Positions 54,456-62,870 of a stretch of 64,000 bases of DNA are shown piece by piece. The DNA is taken from the IMG/VR virus record IMGVR_UViG_3300028024_000077, positions 8,341 through 72,340 of that record; one strand, 5' to 3'. The notes beneath the pieces were generated by a model. That model saw nothing but the letters and a program-made list of their open reading frames with translations, made no database searches and was not told where the DNA came from. Origin of the DNA: a virus. Every line of letters starts with the position of its first letter. Within the stretch, counting starts at the first letter, position 1. Made by a program: the position numbers and the translations under genes.

Positions 54456-55713
54456 TAAGCCTCGGCCGCGCGCCGCCGCGCTCACCCTTCACCGGGGCCA
54501 GGCCGAAGTCTTCCGATCTCAAGCTCGTATCAAAGTCGTCGTCGCCGGCCGCCGCTGGGGCAAGACCCAGCTCGCCAAGATCGCGATTATAAGGGCAGCT
54601 CGCATCCCGAAGCGCCTTATCTGGTATGTCGCGCCAACCTATGGCATGGCCAAGGGCATCATGTGGCATGAGCTGCTGGAGAGCATTCCCCGGAAGTGGC
54701 TGGCCGGCAAGCCGAACGAGACCGCGCTCTGCATCAAGCTGCGGAACGGGACGCGCATCGAGCTGAAAGGCGCCGACAAGCCGGACACTTTGCGCGGCGT
54801 GGGTCTGCATTATCTGGTTCTCGACGAATTCCAGGACATCAAGGAAGACACTTGGACGAAGATCCTGCGGCCGACGCTAGCCTCCACCGGCGGCCACGCG
54901 CTGATCATCGGCACGCCCAAAGCCTTCAACATGCTCCACAAGCTCTGGGCTAAGGGCCAGAAGGAATACAATCGTATGTACGGGCGCTGGCATAGCTGGC
55001 AGTTCCCGACCATTACCAGCCCCTTCATCCCGAAGAGCGAGATCGAGGAGGCCCGGCGCGACATGGACGCCAGGTCTTTCAAGCAGGAGTTTGAGGCCAG
55101 CTTCGAGACCATGAGCGGGCGGGTCTATTATGCCTTCGACCGGAAGATCCATGTCGGCAAATACCCGCTCAATCCCGACCTGCCGGTGATGGTGGGGCAG
55201 GATTTCAACATTGACCCGATGTCGAGCATTCTGCTGCAACGCCAGGACAACGGCGAGCTATGGGCGGTGGGCGAGCTTGTGCTGTTCGGCTCGAATGTCG
55301 CCGAGGTGTCGGAAAAGCTGGAGCAGCGTCTGTGGCGCATCAATCAGCGCTTCGTCACCATCTACCCCGATCCGGCAGGCGCCGGCCGCCAGCATGCCCG
55401 AGGCGAAAGCTCGCTCGATATCTTCCGGGAAAAGGGCTTCGTGGACATTCGCTATCGCCGCAAGGCGCCGGCGATCGCCGACCGCGTCAACTGCGTCAAC
55501 CGGCTTCTTATGAGTGCCGACGGCTCCATCAAGCTGAAGATCGATGAGAGCTGCCGCTACCTGGTCGATAGCTTGGAGCAGACCATCTACAAGCCGGGCA
55601 CGCCCGAGATCGACAAGACGAATGGCAAGGAGCACTTCACCGACGCTCTCGGCTATCCGATCGAATACGAGTTCCCGCTCAAGAAATTCAAGATCAAGGG
55701 CGTCTCTATTTAA
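54430..55713 (+). CDS. terL: terminase large subunit
   Basis: AGRRWGKT, LRG..LHYLVLDEF, IGTPK, GQDFN, EHFTDALGY. Confidence 0.96.
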   Translation: MPIATPPISKPRPRAAALTLHRGQAEVFRSQARIKVVVAGRRWGKTQLAKIAIIRAARIPKRLIWYVAPTYGMAKGIMWHELLESIPRKWLAGKPNETALCIKLRNGTRIELKGADKPDTLRGVGLHYLVLDEFQDIKEDTWTKILRPTLASTGGHALIIGTPKAFNMLHKLWAKGQKEYNRMYGRWHSWQFPTITSPFIPKSEIEEARRDMDARSFKQEFEASFETMSGRVYYAFDRKIHVGKYPLNPDLPVMVGQDFNIDPMSSILLQRQDNGELWAVGELVLFGSNVAEVSEKLEQRLWRINQRFVTIYPDPAGAGRQHARGESSLDIFREKGFVDIRYRRKAPAIADRVNCVNRLLMSADGSIKLKIDESCRYLVDSLEQTIYKPGTPEIDKTNGKEHFTDALGYPIEYEFPLKKFKIKGVSI

Positions 55714-55722
55714 CCCGAAAGA

Positions 55723-55740
55723 TAAGTCAGCGATGACCTA
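55723..55740. promoter_or_regulatory. 18-bp operator-like site
   Basis: TAAGTCA-GCGA-TGACCTA. Confidence 0.75.
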
Positions 55741-55769
55741 ATTTCTCTAATCTCGTTCGGAGTGATCAA

Positions 55770-56003
55770 ATGAATTGGAAGCCAGTAAAGCGGTATTTCT
55801 GGAACATGGCCATCTCGCTCGATCAGCTCGTATCGACCGCGACTGGCGGCGACCCCGACGAAACCGTTTCTTCGCGCCTCGGCAAAGCCGAGCGTCGCGG
55901 CAACAAGTTCGCCTGCTTCTTCTGTCGCGCCCTGGATTTCATCCAGAAGGATCATTGCGCCAAGTCGATCGAAGAGGACGAGGGTGACAAGGCTGGAGTC
56001 TGA
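55770..56003 (+). CDS. hypothetical protein
   Basis: SLDQL.S...GGDPDETVSSRLGK...LD...KDHC pattern of small phage proteins. Confidence 0.75.
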   Translation: MNWKPVKRYFWNMAISLDQLVSTATGGDPDETVSSRLGKAERRGNKFACFFCRALDFIQKDHCAKSIEEDEGDKAGV

Positions 56004-56287
56004 TGGCATTCATCGATCTCGACGCACACCGGATCGGTGAGCAGCATTTGCAGCCGCAGGAAAAAGAGATCCTCGGGCTGCTGCTGCGAAACGAGGGCAG
56101 GGTGGTCACACACCACGAGATCCGCAATCTTTTGTGGGGACATCTCGGCACAAACGGCCCGGCCGATCCGCAAATGACCATCCTTGTTCGGATGGTCTAT
56201 ATCCGAAAAAAGCTCGCTGACACGCCCTATCGCGTCGTCAACAAGCGGCGCGTGGGCTATATGCTTTTACGGATGGAAAATAAGTAA
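56003..56287 (+). CDS. OmpR/PhoB-type winged-helix domain without receiver domain
   Basis: LQPQE..IL.LL..N.GRVV....I...LWG, YIRKKL, VGY. Confidence 0.75.
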   Translation: MAFIDLDAHRIGEQHLQPQEKEILGLLLRNEGRVVTHHEIRNLLWGHLGTNGPADPQMTILVRMVYIRKKLADTPYRVVNKRRVGYMLLRMENK

Positions 56288-56298
56288 TCAATGACTTA
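56281..56298. promoter_or_regulatory. 18-bp operator-like site
   Basis: TAAGTAA-TCAA-TGACTTA. Confidence 0.85.
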
Positions 56299-56330
56299 TA
56301 ATATTCGGAACTCAACCTAGGAGCCTACCA

Positions 56331-56732
56331 GTGGCAAACCAACTCTATCCGAAGTTCAAGGAAGCCCTGCTTAGCGCCGGGTTAAACCTTTCGACCGATA
56401 CGATCAAGGTCGCCTTGGTCGATACTGGCCTCTACACCTACAGCGGCAACGATCAGTATCTGTCGGCCGTATCCTCGGCAATCGTCGGCGCTCCCCAGGC
56501 TTTGGCTTCGAAGGCCATTGCCCTCGGCGTTTTTGATGCCGCCGACGTGACCTTCCCGACCGTGTCTGGCGCCAGCGTCGAGGCGCTCGTGATTTACAAG
56601 GACACCGGCAACGCCGCGTCTTCCCCGCTGATCGCCTACATGGATAGCGCGACCGGCCTTCCTGTTCAGCCGAACGGCGGCGATATCAACATCGCCTGGT
56701 CGAACGGCGCCTCCAAGATTTTCGCCCTCTAA
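56331..56732 (+). CDS. virion structural protein (fibre/decoration-type)
   Basis: Ala/Thr/Gly-rich beta protein, FDAADVTF, PNGGDINI.W. Confidence 0.65.
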   Translation: MANQLYPKFKEALLSAGLNLSTDTIKVALVDTGLYTYSGNDQYLSAVSSAIVGAPQALASKAIALGVFDAADVTFPTVSGASVEALVIYKDTGNAASSPLIAYMDSATGLPVQPNGGDINIAWSNGASKIFAL

Positions 56733-56770
56733 CCCCTGACTGAGCCACGCCCTTAGTGCGACAGGCAAAG

Positions 56771-56788
56771 TAAGTAAGGAGTGACTTA
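56771..56788. promoter_or_regulatory. 18-bp operator-like site whose spacer is the SD of the next gene
   Basis: TAAGTAA-GGAG-TGACTTA, ATG at 56792. Confidence 0.8.
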
Positions 56789-56791
56789 GTT

Positions 56792-57262
56792 ATGTCCGCA
56801 ATGTCAGATTTCCTTGAGAATAAGCTGATCGACTGGCTGATGCGTGCCCAGGCGATCGGTATCACTGGCGCGACCGCCGCCGCCGGCACTGGCCCGGCCA
56901 CGCTCTACGTTGCGCTCTTCACCACCAACCCGACGGACGCCGCTGGCGGCACGGAAGCCACCGGCGGATCTTATGCGCGCGTTGCTGTGACCAGCTCGCT
57001 TGCTAACTGGGCGGGCACGCAGTCGGCGGGTTCGACCACGGCTTCGACCGGCACTTCCGGCACGACCTCGAACAACAACGCGATCACCTTCCCGGCGCCG
57101 ACTGCCAACTGGGGCACGATCACTGGCGTTGGGATCTACGATGCCTCGACCGCTGGAAACCTGCTGATATGGGGTGCCCTCAGTGCCAGCAAGACGGTCA
57201 ACAATGGCGACGCGGCCCCAAGCTTCGCGGCCGGCGCCCTTCAGTTCCAGATCGACAACTAA
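56792..57262 (+). CDS. virion structural protein (fibre-type)
   Basis: LYVALFT..P......EA.GGSYARV, ITFP.PT..WGTIT.VGIYDA...GNLL. Confidence 0.7.
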   Translation: MSAMSDFLENKLIDWLMRAQAIGITGATAAAGTGPATLYVALFTTNPTDAAGGTEATGGSYARVAVTSSLANWAGTQSAGSTTASTGTSGTTSNNNAITFPAPTANWGTITGVGIYDASTAGNLLIWGALSASKTVNNGDAAPSFAAGALQFQIDN

Positions 57263-57290
57263 TTCGTATGATTAACCATGGGGGTCAGAG

Positions 57291-57578
57291 ATGGCCGACC
57301 TTATCGCCACCTGTGACCCCTATGTCTTCATCGAAGACCAGCGCGAGGGCTATGTCCGCTACCGTCAGGTAGTAGTAGCCGAAGACCCGACGAGCCAACC
57401 CACTCGGTGCTGGGAAGTTTGGGGCGTCTGCGACGGCATGGGCTCTTGCTGGGCGGGGGCCGTCAATCCAAGGCCCACTCTCGATTGCCCCGTCACGCCC
57501 GAACTCACTTGCGAATGCCGCATCAAAGCCACCGATCCCCTCACGTTCGTTGAGCTGGGGTTGACCGATGGCAACTAG
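57291..57578 (+). CDS. Cys-rich small protein
   Basis: Seven Cys in 95 aa; overlaps next start. Confidence 0.7.
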   Translation: MADLIATCDPYVFIEDQREGYVRYRQVVVAEDPTSQPTRCWEVWGVCDGMGSCWAGAVNPRPTLDCPVTPELTCECRIKATDPLTFVELGLTDGN

Positions 57579-60500
57579 GCTCTATTTCCACAACGCGACA
57601 TTCTCCGGGTCCGGCACATATCCGTCTGGGACATACCCGTCCGTTACCAAAAATTTCAGCTTCACCAATTCTGCTACCCTGAAGCAGATGAACACGACCA
57701 AGGGGTCGTCTCAGGCAAGTCAAACGGGCACGACGGTAGCGTCTACAAGCGCCCAAAATGGCTACGTTGGCATGTGGGTGTCGCCGCCACTTGTTGCCCA
57801 GACCATAGATCTTGCGGCGCTCAGTGCGTCGGCTTTGCGCGTGGGTTGCGCGGAGTCAAACACAAACTCTAACTTCTCTCCGCTTGCCATTTGCGCTTAT
57901 ATCTGGCGTCCTTCTACGGGTGCGCGGATATCAGTATTCTTTGGCGGTGTTAGCAGTATCTTAGATGCTGGCTGCGCGTCGGGTAAACCGTCTGCGGCGA
58001 GCACCGAGCAACAGGCTTTGTCAAACGCACTGGCGTCTGGCATCAATCCGGTCGTACAGGATGGCGATGTTATCGTCATCGAACTGTGGACGAAGATCAC
58101 ACAGTCGATGGCGACCTCTTATACGGCGACGTTCTACTATGACGGCACGGTTGATCCGACTGCCACGAATACCGCAACGAGCAGTGCCGCTTCATATATC
58201 GAGTTCCCCGGCAGTATCCAGTTCAAGGATATGGCCGCCTCTCTCAAGACAGGACGCGGCCGGGACGGCGTCACTACCGCCGATATTTTCAACGGCATTT
58301 CTCGTTCGAGCGCGCTCACCGGGGCGATCAACAGCTCGCAACTGGTCGTGTCTTTTTGGGCGGCTCCGCAAAGCAACGCGAACTCCCAGTACGTTATCTA
58401 TGGCAACAACCAACTTCGGATTTACTTCACCAACGGGAAGCTGTGGGTCATTATTTATGACAGCAGCTCGACGAACAGCTTATGGCTGAACACGACCGCT
58501 AATGTCGCCGACGGCGCGCTCCATCATTACGCGATCAGCGTAGACACAAACTATGCCGCTGGCGCGAAGAAATATCAGATCGCGGTCGATAGCAATTTGC
58601 AGACGCTGACGGTGACGGATAGCAATCCGGCCTTCACGATCGACCTCACGAATGCCAACTATTATCCGTTTTACGTCGGCAATACGAACAACCAGCTTAG
58701 TGGTCTTACCGGTGATCTGGGCGAACTCTACGTTGAGCAGGGTGTCTACCTCGATTTTTCGGTGGCTGCGAATGTGCAAAAGTTCCGCACCATCGGCGGT
58801 TATCCGGCCAATCTGACTGCCAATGACGAAAGCAACAGCTACAATGCCAAGCTACCGCTCGGCACCAGCCGCGATGCAAACTACGACACAAATGCGCTCA
58901 TCTATCTGACGATCGGCGAAGGAAATCTTGTCTCCCAGTGGTCGGTCAACTACGGCGCTGGTGGCACATTTACCCAGTTTGGGACACTTTATCGTAGTTC
59001 AGGCTTGCCGAAGGCCGGCGCGCAACTTCTGGCCAGTTTAGATCAGACAACACTCTATTTTCATCATGAAGCGCCAACCGGCGCCGCGTCCTATCCTGCG
59101 AGCGATCAGAGCTATGCCACAGCAACAAATACCAGCCTCGCCGCTGGTCAGCTCCGTAGCATGGATCTCACGCCGGGCGACTATGTTGGCACAAGCCAAG
59201 TCTTCTATATGGAGGTGCAAACAAGTGCTGCGCTCGGCATTCAACAGAACTATTTTGGCAGCTTCGTATCAAAGAAGATTGGCAGTGCCGTCACCATTGG
59301 CACATTGCCGATCACGATTGACATTAGCGCCTACGAAAGCAACGCCGCTGCTAATCTCGAACATCTTGCTGCGGTAATTTATGTTTGGCGCCCGTCTACC
59401 AGTTCGGTTGTAGACTATATCCTGGACTATCCGATCGATGGCGTAGCTTTCAAGGAGCCGTTCGCTGCTGCACTGACGCCGCAAATTTTGACAATTACGG
59501 CAGATCAGTTTCCCTACGCGAACAAGGTCGCAGCCCTGCCGGGCGACGTGATCGTCGTCGAGCTGTGGAATAGGGTCAATCAAGCATCCGCAACAGCGTG
59601 CTTCCTCGATTTTTATTTCGAGGGCGATCCGAACATCTACGCCGGCATGCCCGGCTCCATCACGTTCAGCGACGCGATCTCGTTTTCAGATGGCCCATCG
59701 GCAAATCCGACCTCCAGCTCGACGCTGATCGGATCACTCGCGACCCAGATTACGCTCGCATCATCGAACTCGGCCGCCGCGTCAATTACGGCCACCTTGA
59801 GCAGCCTGCCGGCCCAGCTTGTGGCCAGCTTGGGTGATGCCGCGACGGTCACCGCGCCGCTGACGACCCAGATCAAGCTGGGCGCATCTCTTGCGGCATC
59901 TGCGTCGAATACCGCAGGTCTCACGACGCAGATTAAGGCTGCCGCAAATTTGGCCGGCCAAGCATCAATCACAGCTACTTTGAGCAGCGTTGCCGCAGCG
60001 CTTGCCGCGACGCTAGGTGATGCAGCGACAATTACCGCGCCGCTGACCACTCAGATCAAGCTTGCGACCGCGCTCGCTGGCTCTACGTCGCTTACCCCAA
60101 TCATCACGACCAAGATCCAACTCGCCAGCTCGATGACCGCCGGCGCGTCGATCGCTGCCGTCCTGGGTCCGAATAGCATTTCAGCCTTCCTAAAGGCAAA
60201 GGCGACACTTGCCGACTTCCTGCCGTCCAACCTATCTGGCCTGGTCGGCTGGTATGATGCTGCGGATGAAGGCACGATCTATCTCGATAGCTCCGGCAAT
60301 GTTCAGGTTTGGTATGACAAATCGCCGAGCCAGATCGACGTTAGCCAGGTCACCGTAGCTAATCGACCGGCCTATTCAGCAACTGGCTTCAGCGGGGCGC
60401 TGCCGGGCATCGTGTTTGATGGCTCTACGGATCGACTGGAGTCGAGCGTTTCACCCTTCGATACCATTCCGGCGCACTCGTTCTTTGCTGTTTACAAGCT

Positions 60501-62547
60501 CTCGACTACCTCTGGTGGCTACAACACTGTTTATGGTCTGGGCCCCTTCGGTGACGATCTGGATTTCTGGGAAGTCGGAGGCGTCATTGGCACTTACGGT
60601 AGCTGGCCGCATGGCGCCTCTTCAACGCTACAGGTCAAGGCTAACAAGCCTACCCTCGCAACCCATCTGTTCGATGGTTTGCCTGGATCGTATCAAGCCA
60701 GCTTTCGGGTCAACGGCAACCCCGACCCGGACAGCGTATGGTCAACCAACGGCGTTGGCGCAATCAGCGCTCCGAAGACCTTCATTGGTGGTGACGACTC
60801 CAATGAGATGTTTCACGGCGCCATCGCCGAGATCGTCTTTTTCAATCGGTTGCTCTCGGCGGCGGAAATCAACCAGGTCGAAAACTACCTGATCAGGAAG
60901 TGGGCCATCCCGGCAGACCTGCGGGCGACGCTCACAGCAGATGCCGAGATTGCCGCGAACATCCAGGGGCCGGCCGCACAGTTCGCCACCAATATCACCG
61001 GGCAGCCCGCACTGACCTCTGCACTGAGCACGCAAATCACGACCGCCAGTTTGATGACGGATGCGGCGGCGATTGCGGCTGGATTGACGACCCAGATTAA
61101 GCTTGGCGCGGCTCCGGCCGACGTGGCGATAATCGTGGCAGGACTGTCCACCCAGATCAAGCTCGGGGCGACCCTGACCGACGCCGCCATCATCTCGGCC
61201 GGCTTCACGACAAGCATTAAACTGGCGGCTGCCACCACCGGCTCCGCGTCGGCATCTGGCGCGCTGACCACCGCGATCCAAATGAACGCGACGCTGGCCG
61301 GCGCGTCTGCGATCACCGCAGGTCTCACGGTTGGCGCTCGCCTGGCGGCATCGTTGTTAGCGAGCACGGCTCTGACGCCGGCCGTTACGGCCCAAATCAA
61401 GCTGGCTGCGGCGCCGGCCGCGTCCGCAACGCTGACCGCCACCATCACGCCGAACATCTACCCGGTCTCGATCATCTCGGGCGCCGCCGTGGGTGCGCCG
61501 ATAGTTACGCCTGGCGCTGCCACCGTCTCACCGGCCACGATCAGCTCGGGCAACCAGGTCGGCGCCCCGACGGCGACCACTGTCAGCACGATCTCCGGCC
61601 CGACGATCCCAGCCGGCAGTGCCGTTGGCAGCCCGACCGCCACCGGCGGCGCTATCACGATCGGCCCGGCCAGTATTTCTGGGACAACCATTGGTCAGCC
61701 GACTGTCTCGCCCCAGCCGGTTACGGTCTCCCCGCCGTCGATTGATCCAACCTCGGCCTTTGGTTCGGTCAAGGTCAACCTTAATATCGCGGCCAACTCG
61801 ATAACCTCGACGGCCCAGGTCGGCTCGCCGGCGGTGTCAGAGGGCGCGAATACGATCTTCGCCTCGGGCATCGACAGCACGGTCACGTTCGGCCCGTTCA
61901 CGCTGGCGACCAGCGCGAAGACCATTCAGGCGGTGTCGATCGACCCGACCGCGTCCTTTGGCACGGCCGGCGTCACCATTACGCAGAAGGTCACGCTCGA
62001 CAGCATCAACCCGACTTCGCAGATCGGAGCGCTCTCGGTCGCGCCCGGCGCGGTCACCCTGCGTATGTCCGAGATCATCCCCGGCACGGTTGTCCCGCAG
62101 GCGACGTTATCGGTCGGCCCGGTCACGGTGCAGATGGACAGCCTTGGTCCCACGGCGACGGTCGGCGGCTTCAGTCTGTTGCCGCAGCAGTTCGTCACAT
62201 TGGAAGCGGGCATCGACAGTACGGTGCTGGTCGGCGACCCGGTCATCGTCAAGGGCGCGGCGACGATCAAGGTCAACTCCATCGAGAGCACGGTCAGCTT
62301 CTCGCCGGCCACATTGACAAGCGGCCCGGTCTTGATCGACCTGCCTGGTATCGCCAGCACGGCGGTAGTTACGGCTGGCTTTTATGTCATTCGCCATTTC
62401 CTGGCGCCAGCGGAGCGGACGCTGAAAGTCCTGGCCGATCTTCGCTATGTGACGGCCGATCCCGAAATTCGCACGATCAAGATTGCACCCGATCCCGAGA
62501 ACCGCATGATCAATATCGCGCCCGAGGAAAGAACACTAGGAGCTTGA
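57568..62547 (+). CDS. large modular virion fibre / receptor-binding protein with LamG-like domains
   Basis: 1659 aa; duplicated N-terminal domain, WYDA..IAEIVFFNR.L LamG-like domain, ~19-20-aa repeats. Confidence 0.8.
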   Translation: MATRLYFHNATFSGSGTYPSGTYPSVTKNFSFTNSATLKQMNTTKGSSQASQTGTTVASTSAQNGYVGMWVSPPLVAQTIDLAALSASALRVGCAESNTNSNFSPLAICAYIWRPSTGARISVFFGGVSSILDAGCASGKPSAASTEQQALSNALASGINPVVQDGDVIVIELWTKITQSMATSYTATFYYDGTVDPTATNTATSSAASYIEFPGSIQFKDMAASLKTGRGRDGVTTADIFNGISRSSALTGAINSSQLVVSFWAAPQSNANSQYVIYGNNQLRIYFTNGKLWVIIYDSSSTNSLWLNTTANVADGALHHYAISVDTNYAAGAKKYQIAVDSNLQTLTVTDSNPAFTIDLTNANYYPFYVGNTNNQLSGLTGDLGELYVEQGVYLDFSVAANVQKFRTIGGYPANLTANDESNSYNAKLPLGTSRDANYDTNALIYLTIGEGNLVSQWSVNYGAGGTFTQFGTLYRSSGLPKAGAQLLASLDQTTLYFHHEAPTGAASYPASDQSYATATNTSLAAGQLRSMDLTPGDYVGTSQVFYMEVQTSAALGIQQNYFGSFVSKKIGSAVTIGTLPITIDISAYESNAAANLEHLAAVIYVWRPSTSSVVDYILDYPIDGVAFKEPFAAALTPQILTITADQFPYANKVAALPGDVIVVELWNRVNQASATACFLDFYFEGDPNIYAGMPGSITFSDAISFSDGPSANPTSSSTLIGSLATQITLASSNSAAASITATLSSLPAQLVASLGDAATVTAPLTTQIKLGASLAASASNTAGLTTQIKAAANLAGQASITATLSSVAAALAATLGDAATITAPLTTQIKLATALAGSTSLTPIITTKIQLASSMTAGASIAAVLGPNSISAFLKAKATLADFLPSNLSGLVGWYDAADEGTIYLDSSGNVQVWYDKSPSQIDVSQVTVANRPAYSATGFSGALPGIVFDGSTDRLESSVSPFDTIPAHSFFAVYKLSTTSGGYNTVYGLGPFGDDLDFWEVGGVIGTYGSWPHGASSTLQVKANKPTLATHLFDGLPGSYQASFRVNGNPDPDSVWSTNGVGAISAPKTFIGGDDSNEMFHGAIAEIVFFNRLLSAAEINQVENYLIRKWAIPADLRATLTADAEIAANIQGPAAQFATNITGQPALTSALSTQITTASLMTDAAAIAAGLTTQIKLGAAPADVAIIVAGLSTQIKLGATLTDAAIISAGFTTSIKLAAATTGSASASGALTTAIQMNATLAGASAITAGLTVGARLAASLLASTALTPAVTAQIKLAAAPAASATLTATITPNIYPVSIISGAAVGAPIVTPGAATVSPATISSGNQVGAPTATTVSTISGPTIPAGSAVGSPTATGGAITIGPASISGTTIGQPTVSPQPVTVSPPSIDPTSAFGSVKVNLNIAANSITSTAQVGSPAVSEGANTIFASGIDSTVTFGPFTLATSAKTIQAVSIDPTASFGTAGVTITQKVTLDSINPTSQIGALSVAPGAVTLRMSEIIPGTVVPQATLSVGPVTVQMDSLGPTATVGGFSLLPQQFVTLEAGIDSTVLVGDPVIVKGAATIKVNSIESTVSFSPATLTSGPVLIDLPGIASTAVVTAGFYVIRHFLAPAERTLKVLADLRYVTADPEIRTIKIAPDPENRMINIAPEERTLGA

Positions 62548-62548
62548 A

Positions 62549-62815
62549 ATGAAGACCATTGAGAAAGACCCGAACGCGACCCTGGATTACTCGGTCGATT
62601 GGAGCCAGTGGCTTGGTGACGACAAGATTACGAGCAGCACCTGGATTATCCCGACCGGCATCAAGAAGACCATCGATAGTCATGACGATGTCTCGGCGAC
62701 CGTCTGGTTGAGCGGCGGCCGGATGGGGGAGGAGCACGTCATCACCAACCGGATCGTGACTCAGGCCGGCCGCAAGGACGATCGAAGTTTCGTCCTGTCG
62801 ATCGTCCGCCGCTAA
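62549..62815 (+). CDS. small virion protein (fibre adaptor-like)
   Basis: KDPNA.LDY.VDWS.WL.DD.I.SS.W, VWLSGG. Confidence 0.65.
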   Translation: MKTIEKDPNATLDYSVDWSQWLGDDKITSSTWIIPTGIKKTIDSHDDVSATVWLSGGRMGEEHVITNRIVTQAGRKDDRSFVLSIVRR

Positions 62816-62828
62816 TGTGGCTTGATAA

Positions 62829-62846
62829 TAAGTCAGTCATGACTTA
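62829..62846. promoter_or_regulatory. 18-bp operator-like site
   Basis: TAAGTCA-GTCA-TGACTTA, perfect arms, upstream of portal. Confidence 0.85.
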
Positions 62847-62870
62847 TTATATTAGAAAATCGGACGGAAC

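Noticed and set aside
62300-62547. Diversity-generating retroelement target at the fibre C-terminus
   Set aside because: No reverse transcriptase and no duplicated template repeat seen in the window
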